32,000 bases of DNA from Nitratidesulfovibrio vulgaris str. Hildenborough. GTDB lineage: Bacteria > Desulfobacterota > Desulfovibrionia > Desulfovibrionales > Desulfovibrionaceae. The DNA lies in NCBI RefSeq assembly GCF_000195755.1, contig NC_002937.3, positions 3,538,859 to 3,570,858 on the forward strand, written 5' to 3'. The position numbers and the translations under genes were made by a program. Under the pieces are notes generated by a model, which did not search any database, was not told where the DNA came from, and saw nothing but the letters and a program-made list of their open reading frames with translations. Shown piece by piece: positions 24,785 to 32,000 of the stretch (its first letter is position 1; each line of letters starts with the position of its first letter).

Positions 24785-27067
24785 ATGGGCAAGGACCTCA
24801 TCATCGTCGAATCTCCCGCCAAGGTGAAGACCATCAAGAAATTCCTTGGCGGCAAGTATGTCGTGCAGGCGAGCGTCGGTCACGTCCGCGACCTGCCCAC
24901 CAACGAGATCGGCGTGGACGAGGCCAACAACTTCGCTCCGCAGTACCGGGTCATCGACGGCAAGCAGAAGGTCGTCGACACGCTTCGCGAAGCGGCTGCG
25001 AAGGCAGACACCGTCTACCTCGCACCCGACCCGGACCGTGAAGGTGAAGCCATCGCGTGGCATGTGGCCGCGCTCATCGAAGGCAAGGCAGACAACATCA
25101 AGCGCATCCAGTTCAACGAGATCACCGCACGGGCCGTGCGCGAGGCGCTGGAGAACCCGCGCGACCTCAACCGCGCCCTGTTCGACGCCCAGCAGGCGCG
25201 CCGCGTTCTCGACAGGCTGGTGGGCTACAAACTTTCGCCGCTGTTGTGGAAGAAGGTCAAGCGCGGCATATCGGCGGGGCGTGTGCAGTCGGTGGCGTTG
25301 CGTCTCATCGTCGACCGCGAGAGTGAACGCCGCGCCTTCACACCTGAGGAATACTGGCTGTTCCGCGCCATGTTCGCCAAGAACGTGCCCGGTGCAACGC
25401 CCACAAGCCCCGACCCGCAATACGCCCCCTTCAAGGCCGAACTCGCGAAGATAGACGGCAAGAAGGCCCATGTAGCCGACGCCGACGCCGCCAACGCCCT
25501 TGAAGACGCCATGCGCGGCAAGCCCTTCGTCATCACCGCCGTCGAACGCAAGAAGCGCGAACGCCAGCCGCAGCCCCCGTTCATCACCTCCACCTTGCAG
25601 CAGGCCGCCAACCAGCGACTGGGCTATTCCGCCAAGCGCACCATGAACATCGCGCAGCGGCTGTATGAAGGTGTTGAACTGGGCGAGATGGGTACGGTGG
25701 CCCTCATCACCTATATGCGTACCGACTCGGTGCGTGTCTCCGACGAGGCACGCGACGCCGCACGCGCCTTCGTTACCGAGACGTGGGGTGCCGACTTCTG
25801 CCCGGCCAAGCCCCGGCAGTTCAAGACCAAGGGCAGCGCGCAGGACGCCCACGAAGCGGTGCGTCCCGTCGATGTCAACGTGACTCCCGACAGCGTGAAG
25901 CACCTGCTTCCCCCCGACCAGTTCCAGCTTTACAGACTGGTGTGGTCGCGCTTCGTGGCCTCGCAGATGGCCCCGGCACGCTTCGACGACACCACCGTTG
26001 CCATCGCATGCGGCCCCGCCGAATGGCGCGCCAAGGGCGAACGGATGCTCTTTCCCGGTTTTCTCGCGGCCATGCCGCAGAAGGAGGAGGGCGATGCTGA
26101 ACTGCCGCCACTGCAGGAGGGCGAGACCCTGCACCCCGTCTCCGTCGAGAAGGAACAGAAGTTCACGCAGCCTCCGGCGCGCTACACCGAAGCATCTCTG
26201 GTGCGTGAACTCGAAGAGCGCGGCATAGGCCGTCCGTCGACCTACGCCTCCATCATCTCCACGCTCATCGACCGCGACTACACGCGCCTCGAGGACAAGC
26301 ACTTCGTGCCCACCGACCTCGGGGCCACGGTGTGCGACCTGCTGGCGCGCCACTTCACCACCCTCATGGATGTCGGGTTCACCGCCCAGATGGAGGACTC
26401 GCTCGACAAGGTGGCAGAAGGGGGACTCGACTGGGTCGAACTGCTTTCACGCTTCTCGGCCGACTTCAACCCCACGCTGGAATCCGCTGCCAAGGCCATG
26501 GAGACGGTGAAGGGCGGTCTGCCCACAGACGTCACCTGCCCCGAGTGCGGCAAGCCCGTCGTGGTGAAGTTCGGTAAGGCAGGGCCCTTCCTCGCCTGCA
26601 CCGCCTACCCCGACTGCAAGTTCACCAGTAACTTCTCCCGCGACGAGAAGGGCGACATCGTCATCGAACAGCGGGCCCGCGAAGAGCTTGAAGCCGTAGG
26701 CACCTGTCCCGAGTGCGGCAAGGACCTCGTGGTCAAGAAGGCACGCACCGGCAGCCGTTTCATCGCGTGTACCGGCTACCCCGACTGCCGCCACACCGAA
26801 CCCTTCTCGACGGGCATCGCCTGCCCGCGTGAAGGCTGCGACGGTCAACTGGTGGAGAAAAGCTCGAAGCGCGGCAAGATATTCTACTCGTGCAACCGCT
26901 TCCCCAAGTGCGACTACGCACTGTGGGACTGGCCCGTACCCGGCCCGTGCCCCGTGTGCGGGTCGCCGCTGCTGGTGAAGAAGAGCACCCGTGCCAAGGG
27001 CCTGCACATCGCCTGCCCCGAAAAGACCTGTCGCTACACGCAGGAACTTCCCGACGACGAGGGATAG
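24785..27067 (+). CDS. topA: DNA topoisomerase I with four C-terminal C4 zinc ribbons
   Basis: 760 aa with AAGGA 8 nt upstream. The Toprim N-terminus is MGKDLIIVESPAKVKTIKKFLG...DPDREGEAIAWH. The active-site region is ITYMRTDS. Four CPxCG...C..C.DC ribbons occur at the C-terminus. Confidence 0.97.
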   Translation: MGKDLIIVESPAKVKTIKKFLGGKYVVQASVGHVRDLPTNEIGVDEANNFAPQYRVIDGKQKVVDTLREAAAKADTVYLAPDPDREGEAIAWHVAALIEGKADNIKRIQFNEITARAVREALENPRDLNRALFDAQQARRVLDRLVGYKLSPLLWKKVKRGISAGRVQSVALRLIVDRESERRAFTPEEYWLFRAMFAKNVPGATPTSPDPQYAPFKAELAKIDGKKAHVADADAANALEDAMRGKPFVITAVERKKRERQPQPPFITSTLQQAANQRLGYSAKRTMNIAQRLYEGVELGEMGTVALITYMRTDSVRVSDEARDAARAFVTETWGADFCPAKPRQFKTKGSAQDAHEAVRPVDVNVTPDSVKHLLPPDQFQLYRLVWSRFVASQMAPARFDDTTVAIACGPAEWRAKGERMLFPGFLAAMPQKEEGDAELPPLQEGETLHPVSVEKEQKFTQPPARYTEASLVRELEERGIGRPSTYASIISTLIDRDYTRLEDKHFVPTDLGATVCDLLARHFTTLMDVGFTAQMEDSLDKVAEGGLDWVELLSRFSADFNPTLESAAKAMETVKGGLPTDVTCPECGKPVVVKFGKAGPFLACTAYPDCKFTSNFSRDEKGDIVIEQRAREELEAVGTCPECGKDLVVKKARTGSRFIACTGYPDCRHTEPFSTGIACPREGCDGQLVEKSSKRGKIFYSCNRFPKCDYALWDWPVPGPCPVCGSPLLVKKSTRAKGLHIACPEKTCRYTQELPDDEG

Positions 27068-27177
27068 AAGAGCATACGGAAAGCAGACGTCAGCCTTCCG
27101 AAAAGTTAACGACACTGCAACGTTCTGCTAAAGCAGAAGAAATCATATTTCTCCGGGCAAGAATCCCGGATAACCAA

Positions 27178-27201
27178 GGCCCCGTGCAACATCACGGGGC
27201 C
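27178..27201. terminator. Shared (bidirectional) terminator hairpin between convergent topA and the sigma-28-driven gene
   Basis: GGCCCCGTG-CAACAT-CACGGGGCC is followed on the plus strand by ATTCTCGTTT and on the minus strand by TTGGTTATCC. Confidence 0.6.
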
Positions 27202-27302
27202 ATTCTCGTTTCAGGGCACAGAGGGAGAAGAAGAGGGGTGGACGCCACCAGGGACGCACGATGGAGACCGGAAAGCAGGCGAAGCAGGCGTTGCCGACGG
27301 CG

Positions 27303-28157
27303 TCAGACCGACATGTCGAGCAAAAGCCCGGACGAGGAGGGCGAAGGGCTGGCATACGCCGCAAACGGGGTCTTCAGGGCACCTGAGTTAGCACTCTGAA
27401 TCGCAACGGGATTGGCGGACGACACGATGCTATCGGCATTCCCGGATGCAGCTGCCGCGGCACCTGTACCTGTCTCATCCACGCCGGAAAGGCGCAGGTT
27501 CTTCAGGTCTTCGAGCATCTGCTTCAGCAGGTCGCCGCCTTCCGTGCCTCCCCCGGCAGGCGAGAGCGTGGGCAGCACACCGCCGGTGACGGATGCACCG
27601 CCTTGCCCGACCATGGTGGTCGAGGCGAGAAAGAGCTCGTCATGTCCGTTGCCGAAGAAGCCGTTGATACTGTCGTTGAGTCCGCCGTTGAAACGGGCGA
27701 TGAGGCTGTCACCGGCTGCGGTACCGAATTGCCTGTCGATGAAACGCAGTCCGTCCAGCAACCCGTTGCCGAGACTCTCTTCACTGACAGACCCGTCGCC
27801 GAGACGCTTCATCACGAGACCCATGAACGCGGTGGCGGCACGGTCCCCGTGGGCATCAGCCACATGGCGCATGGCATCTTCCAGCGATGCGGCAAGCTGT
27901 TCACGTCGGGCATCACCACCGGTGCCTTCGCCTCCGGACGCCGGAGATTGCTGTCCGGCGAGCGAAAGGGCTTCGGCGGAGAGGGATATGGTGTCGCCTG
28001 CTGCGATGCTTGCACTGACGGCGGTATCGGGCACGGCACGGCGTGCCACCTCATCGGCGAAGGCGGAAGCCGTCACATCCGTGTGCAGCACACCGGCGAA
28101 CAGCGATGCCGTTCCGCCGGGTCCACCGAGACCGAATGATGAGCCGATACCTTCCAT
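27303..28157 (-). CDS. Hypothetical Gly/Ser/Ala-rich protein, predicted sigma-28 (flagellar late) regulon member
   Basis: Track ORF trimmed to ATG 28157 (GGAG 8 nt upstream), because a sigma-28 promoter lies inside the longer version. The 284-aa product MEGIGSSFGLGGPGGTASLF...LLLDMSV has GC-rich third codon positions like neighbouring genes. I found no TM segment, signal peptide or recognisable domain. Confidence 0.7.
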   Translation of the reverse strand: MEGIGSSFGLGGPGGTASLFAGVLHTDVTASAFADEVARRAVPDTAVSASIAAGDTISLSAEALSLAGQQSPASGGEGTGGDARREQLAASLEDAMRHVADAHGDRAATAFMGLVMKRLGDGSVSEESLGNGLLDGLRFIDRQFGTAAGDSLIARFNGGLNDSINGFFGNGHDELFLASTTMVGQGGASVTGGVLPTLSPAGGGTEGGDLLKQMLEDLKNLRLSGVDETGTGAAAAASGNADSIVSSANPVAIQSANSGALKTPFAAYASPSPSSSGLLLDMSV

Positions 28158-28183
28158 GCCGTACACTCCGTTGTCTAGGCCTC

Positions 28184-28210
28184 TTATCGGCGGATGAACG
28201 CAGAACTTTA
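28184..28210 (-). promoter_or_regulatory. Sigma-28 (FliA) promoter
   Basis: The minus strand reads TAAAGTTC-TGCGTTCATCC-GCCGATAA. That matches TAAAGTTT-N11-GCCGATAA at 15 of 16 specified positions. The -10 element ends 26 nt upstream of ATG 28157. Confidence 0.8.
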
Positions 28211-28615
28211 CGTTATCAATCCGGCGCTGCCGAGGCAGTGGAAACCCACACATCCTACAATAAAAATAGATGGTTATTCACGTTATGAACAACACCTCTC
28301 ATGCGACGTTGACATGGACAGCGTGAAGCAGCAGGGGGCAGCCTGCCTTATGGCCGTCACAACAGCAGAATGCTCTTCGCATTCCACTCTCCATCACTCT
28401 GCCACTGGTACCGCTGACAGCCGCGACAGGGAAAATAGCTGAACAACATTGTCAACGCCCCCCCTTGCCGCAGCTGTCATCTTCCAATAATGTAAGGGAG
28501 TGTGCGCAGGTCGCATCACGACGCAGCCGCACACCATGACACACGCTTCAAAGGCATGGCCGAAGGCCGTGAACATACGGCAAGTATATCGTAATCCTCT
28601 TCCCCGGAGGGAGAC

Positions 28616-29959
28616 ATGGACATCCCCGTTTTCAACTGCAAGAACGGCGACGACGTCATCCGTGCCGTGAAGGAGTACAACGTCTCCTTCGTACAATTCT
28701 GGTTCGTCGACATTCTCGGCAATCTCAAGAGCTTTCAGGTCACCCCAAGCGAACTCGAAGCCGCCTTCGAAGAGGGCATGGGCTTCGACGGTTCGTCCAT
28801 TCTCGGTTTCACGCGCATCGAGGAAAGTGACATGGTGGCATTCCCCGATGCCACCACCTTCCAGATCTGCTCGTGGCGTCCGCTTGAACGCCCTGTGGCA
28901 CGCATGTTCTGCGATATCCGCACCCCGGACGGCACCCCGTACGAGGGCGACCCGCGCTACATCCTGCGCAAGCTCATCGATAAGGCCGCCCAGAAGGGCT
29001 ACACCTTCTATGTGGGGCCTGAACTGGAGTTCTTCTTCTTCTCGAGCCCGCAGTGCCCCACGCCCATCGATGCGGGCGGCTACTTCGACGCGCCCCCCCT
29101 CGACCTCGGCAACGACGTGCGCCGCGACATCATCTTCGCCCTGCAGCGCATGGGCATTCCTGTCGAGTACTCGCACCACGAAGTGGCCCCCTCGCAGCAC
29201 GAGATTGACCTGCGCTACAACGAAGCCATGAAGATGGCGGACGTGGTCATGACCTACAAGGTCGTGGTCAAGGAGATGGCACGCAAGCACGGCATCTACG
29301 CCACCTTCATGCCCAAGCCCATCTTCGGCGAGAACGGCAGCGGCATGCATGTGCACCAGTCGCTGTTCCGCAACGGCAAGAACGCCTTCTTCGACCCCAA
29401 CGACCAGCACAACCTCTCGCACGAGTGCCGCTCGTACATCGCCGGTCTGCTCAAGCATGCCCGCGAATTCTGCTGCGTCACCAACCAGTGGATAAACTCC
29501 TACAAGCGCCTCGTGCCGGGCTATGAGGCACCGGTGTACATCGCGTGGGCGCAACGCAACCGTTCGGCCCTCATCCGCGTGCCCATGTACAAGCCCGGCA
29601 AGGAAGCGGCCACACGCATCGAACTGCGTTCGCCGGACCCCGCATGCAACCCCTACCTTGCCTTCGCGGTCATGCTTGGTGCAGGTCTTGAGGGCATCGA
29701 GAACAACTATGAGCTTCCCAAGGCCGTGGAAGCCAACATCTTCCATATGGGCGAGGAAGACCTTGGCAAGCACGGCATCGGTTCGCTTCCGGGGTCGCTG
29801 TACGAAGCCGCCATGGAACTGCGTAACAGCAATCTCATGAAGGAGATTCTCGGCGAGCACACCCACGCCAACATCGTGGGTAACAAGCTCATCGAATGGG
29901 ACGACTACCGCACCCATATCTCCGAATTCGAACTGAAGCGCTACCTGCCCATCCTATAG
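28616..29959 (+). CDS. glnA: Glutamine synthetase, type I
   Basis: 447 aa with GGAGGGAG before the ATG. It begins MDIPVFNCKNGDDVIRAVKEYNVSFVQFWFVDILG and carries GS signatures FDGSSI, KPIFGENGSGMHVHQSL and NRSALIRVP. Confidence 0.97.
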   Translation: MDIPVFNCKNGDDVIRAVKEYNVSFVQFWFVDILGNLKSFQVTPSELEAAFEEGMGFDGSSILGFTRIEESDMVAFPDATTFQICSWRPLERPVARMFCDIRTPDGTPYEGDPRYILRKLIDKAAQKGYTFYVGPELEFFFFSSPQCPTPIDAGGYFDAPPLDLGNDVRRDIIFALQRMGIPVEYSHHEVAPSQHEIDLRYNEAMKMADVVMTYKVVVKEMARKHGIYATFMPKPIFGENGSGMHVHQSLFRNGKNAFFDPNDQHNLSHECRSYIAGLLKHAREFCCVTNQWINSYKRLVPGYEAPVYIAWAQRNRSALIRVPMYKPGKEAATRIELRSPDPACNPYLAFAVMLGAGLEGIENNYELPKAVEANIFHMGEEDLGKHGIGSLPGSLYEAAMELRNSNLMKEILGEHTHANIVGNKLIEWDDYRTHISEFELKRYLPIL

Positions 29960-29986
29960 GGACGCCCCCCACATCGCCTTTACGCC

Positions 29987-30018
29987 AAGGCCCGACAGTC
30001 AGCTGACTGCCGGGCCTT
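29987..30018 (+). terminator. Terminator-like hairpin after glnA
   Basis: AAGGCCCGACAGTCAG / CTGACTGCCGGGCCTT forms 16-nt arms with one mismatch, followed by TCCCTTCC. It starts 27 nt after the stop. Confidence 0.55.
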
Positions 30019-30477
30019 TCCCTTCCATGTTCGCGAAAGCCACCTGTGCCCGGTGTAGCAGCCATACGTCACTTGAACCGCGCAACCCGCGCTCACAGTC
30101 TCTGCGCGCATGGCGTGTGCCGGTTACGCACATCCTTCCCGCCGAGTATGTGATGACACGCGGGGCAGCCATGATCATGCCTTCATGATGCATGACGGGG
30201 CACGGTAACGCACCATCACGCACATGGTACGCACAGGATTACGAACAATGAGTTATCTAATCAAAACATATAGATATAAAAGATACGAACATCGAAACCA
30301 GCTGACGCCCGAGCAGCTACCGGACCGACAGAACAAGAAGCTACCTTACAGGAGTCCCACACACGGCAAGCCGGAGAGACACACTCCCGCCGACAGCACA
30401 TGAGACGCAATGCGCACCGCAAGGGACAACAGGGGAAGAGGACCAGCGACTGTGGACGCGCTATCCAGACCCGCGGC

Positions 30478-30523
30478 AAAAGACATGAAAAAGGGCCTCC
30501 CGCACGTGTGGTGCAGAAGGCCC
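30478..30523 (-). terminator. Rho-independent terminator of the M23 peptidase gene
   Basis: The minus strand reads GGGCCTTCTGCAC-CACAC-GTGCGGGAGGCCC, a 13-bp stem with two G-U pairs, followed by TTTTTCATGTCTTTT. It starts 22 nt after the stop. Confidence 0.8.
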
Positions 30524-30545
30524 GGTATGCCATCGGAAGACGTCG

Positions 30546-31856
30546 TTACACGTCGGGGATCATGTCCCTGCGGTACTCGGCGATGTTACGCGTCCCATCG
30601 ATGAAGGTGCGTATGAAGGCGACCCTGTCACCGAAAGCCTTCATGCGCTTCTTGGCCACGGGTTCACTGCGGGGGTTCATCATCTTGGCAGGGTTCACGA
30701 AATCCCCGCCCTGACGGATGCGGAAGTCTAGATGCGGCCCAGTGGCCCAGCCGGTGGCACCGACATAGCCGATGACCTGCCCCTGACGTACCTTGGTCCC
30801 CTTGCGCACGCCCTTGGCGAAGCCGGAGAGATGCGAATAGAGCGTCTCCATTCTCCCGCCGTGGCGCACGATGACCTGATTGCCGTAGCCGTTGACCCAT
30901 CCCGCCTGTTTCACCTCGCCGTTGGCGACCGATTTGACGGGAGTCCCGGTGGGCGCAGCGTAGTCGATACCGGGGTGGGGCCTGCGTTCCATGAAGATGG
31001 GATGCAGCCTGTTCTTCGAGAAACCCGACGTCACACGGGTGAAGGAAAGCGGGGCCTTGAGGAACGACTTGCGCAGACTCTGCCCGTCCTTGTTGTAGTA
31101 GGCGGGCCCTCCGAAATCGTCGGTGAAGTAGAACGCCTCGTAGGTCTCACCCTGATTGGTGAAGGTTGCGGCGATGACCCTGCCGTATCCCTTGAAATCA
31201 CCATCACGGTAACGCTTCTCGACCAGTACCGAGAAGCTGTCTCCCTCACGTATGTCGCGGATGAAGTCCACTTCCCAGCCGAAGATGTCGGCAAGGGTGA
31301 TGGCAAGGCCCGGCGATTCACCGGCGTCAGCCACGGCCTGGAACAGGTTGGAGTCGATGACAGCATCGACGCGCGTGAGTTCATACTCGTAATGGATGGG
31401 TTCGACCCGTGCGATGAACCCCTCACCGGCTTCATCGGCGTTCACGACCAGCTTGCGGTCGTCGTCAATCTCGTATTCGAAACGTTCGATACTGCCGTTG
31501 GTGGCATTGGCAACGACCGTGTAGGGTTGCCCGGTGCGAATCATGGCCAGCGAATAGACCTTGCGACAGGCGTCGAGAAGGGCCTGAGTACGATTGGAGG
31601 TCACCCATCCCTGCAGGATTTTACCTGCCGTATCGCCTTGCGAGACGACACCGCGCACGACACGGTTCTCGGGCTGCTCTGCAGTCGCTTCGGGAGCGGC
31701 TTCGGTGGCATTGGACGATATGGAGACAGTGCCATTGTCGGCTTGAGGAAGTTCAGGAGGGGTGGAGGGCGAGCGAAGCAACATGACGGACACAGCCACG
31801 GCGATCAAAAGACCCACTGCGAGCCAGCCACGTTTCGGTATACGGGTGTAGGGCAT
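30546..31856 (-). CDS. M23-family murein endopeptidase (MepM/YebA-like) with N-terminal membrane anchor
   Basis: 436 aa with N-terminal TM WLAVGLLIAVAVSVMLL. The C-terminal LytM domain reads RPHPGIDYAAPTGTPVKSVANGEV...GYGNQVIVRHGG...LYSHLS...GATGWATGPHLDFR. Confidence 0.9.
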   Translation of the reverse strand: MPYTRIPKRGWLAVGLLIAVAVSVMLLRSPSTPPELPQADNGTVSISSNATEAAPEATAEQPENRVVRGVVSQGDTAGKILQGWVTSNRTQALLDACRKVYSLAMIRTGQPYTVVANATNGSIERFEYEIDDDRKLVVNADEAGEGFIARVEPIHYEYELTRVDAVIDSNLFQAVADAGESPGLAITLADIFGWEVDFIRDIREGDSFSVLVEKRYRDGDFKGYGRVIAATFTNQGETYEAFYFTDDFGGPAYYNKDGQSLRKSFLKAPLSFTRVTSGFSKNRLHPIFMERRPHPGIDYAAPTGTPVKSVANGEVKQAGWVNGYGNQVIVRHGGRMETLYSHLSGFAKGVRKGTKVRQGQVIGYVGATGWATGPHLDFRIRQGGDFVNPAKMMNPRSEPVAKKRMKAFGDRVAFIRTFIDGTRNIAEYRRDMIPDV

Positions 31857-31925
31857 GGTATCTCGATTATAAGCTACTGGGAAACGGGAACAACGAAGAG
31901 AAAACGAACCTTCAGGAGGACAAGC

Positions 31926-31968
31926 GGGCGGCTACCTCGGCCCGTTGCCGAGGAGACCCTAGCCGCCC
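31926..31968. other. Nested GC-rich hairpin upstream of the M23 gene (possible terminator of a gene beyond the right edge)
   Basis: The outer 9-bp arms are GGGCGGCTA / TAGCCGCCC. They enclose CCTCGGC-CCGTT-GCCGAGG. On the minus strand a partly T-rich tail follows (GCTTGTCCTCCTGAAGGTTCGTTTTCTCTT). Confidence 0.35.
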
Positions 31969-32000
31969 ACAGCCCAATTGTCCAGCCGAAGCCCGCAGAC

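Noticed and set aside
24680-26353. Upstream 558 codons of the 842-aa minus-strand ORF
   Set aside because: They are antisense to topA. The real gene is the M48 lipoprotein, starting at ATG 24679 with its own signal peptide and lipobox.
28143-28150. GCCGATAC on the plus strand (sigma-28 -10-like)
   Set aside because: There is no TAAA at the -35 spacing. It lies inside the start of the minus-strand CDS and is 460 nt from glnA.
28158-28253. 32-codon extension of the sigma-28-driven gene (track start 28253)
   Set aside because: The near-consensus sigma-28 promoter lies inside it. ATG 28157 has the RBS.
28394-29917. 507-aa minus-strand ORF
   Set aside because: It is antisense to glnA, with low-complexity Val/Ala/Gly/His composition and no start context.
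30248-30403. 51-codon ORF encoding a Lys/Arg/Tyr-rich peptide in the glnA/M23 orphan region
   Set aside because: It has no Shine-Dalgarno and atypical codon usage. It is kept only as a remark inside the orphan-region finding.
1-32000. tRNA, rRNA, IS elements, integrases, phage or defence genes
   Set aside because: I looked through all intergenic gaps for tRNA-like T-arm motifs, terminal inverted repeats and transposase or integrase ORFs and found none. This was a by-eye scan, not a tRNAscan or ISfinder run.

Overview
High-GC (~65% by eye) chromosomal segment. Gene content and order look like a Desulfovibrio-type (Desulfovibrionaceae) core-genome region; that is my recollection, not a search result. 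Most of it is housekeeping, mainly on the minus strand: aspS (partial)-hisS, a SAM methyltransferase, metE behind a cobalamin riboswitch, ilvD, ftsEX, an EptA-like phosphoethanolamine transferase coupled to dgkA, a YbaK-type deacylase, and the B12-dependent class II ribonucleotide reductase nrdJ. A metal-stress module follows: the zraS/zraR-like sigma-54 two-component system diverges from a zraP-like periplasmic protein that has a clear -24/-12 promoter. Next to it is a Cys/His-rich SO_0444/ArsP-type permease preceded by an ArsR/SmtB-style 12-2-12 operator, with no regulator gene nearby. The rest holds a lysozyme-like protein with no export signal, an M48 lipoprotein protease, topA, an unrecognisable low-complexity protein behind a near-consensus sigma-28 promoter, glnA, and a MepM-like M23 peptidase. 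I saw no rRNA, tRNA, CRISPR array, IS element, prophage or recognisable defence system. The items most worth follow-up are the sigma-28-driven orphan gene, the exportless lysozyme-like protein, the orphan ArsR/SmtB-type operator, and several repeat-bearing non-coding gaps of 450-650 bp. Many long track ORFs (five over 500 aa) are antisense artefacts of GC-rich coding sequence. Several real genes needed their starts trimmed.
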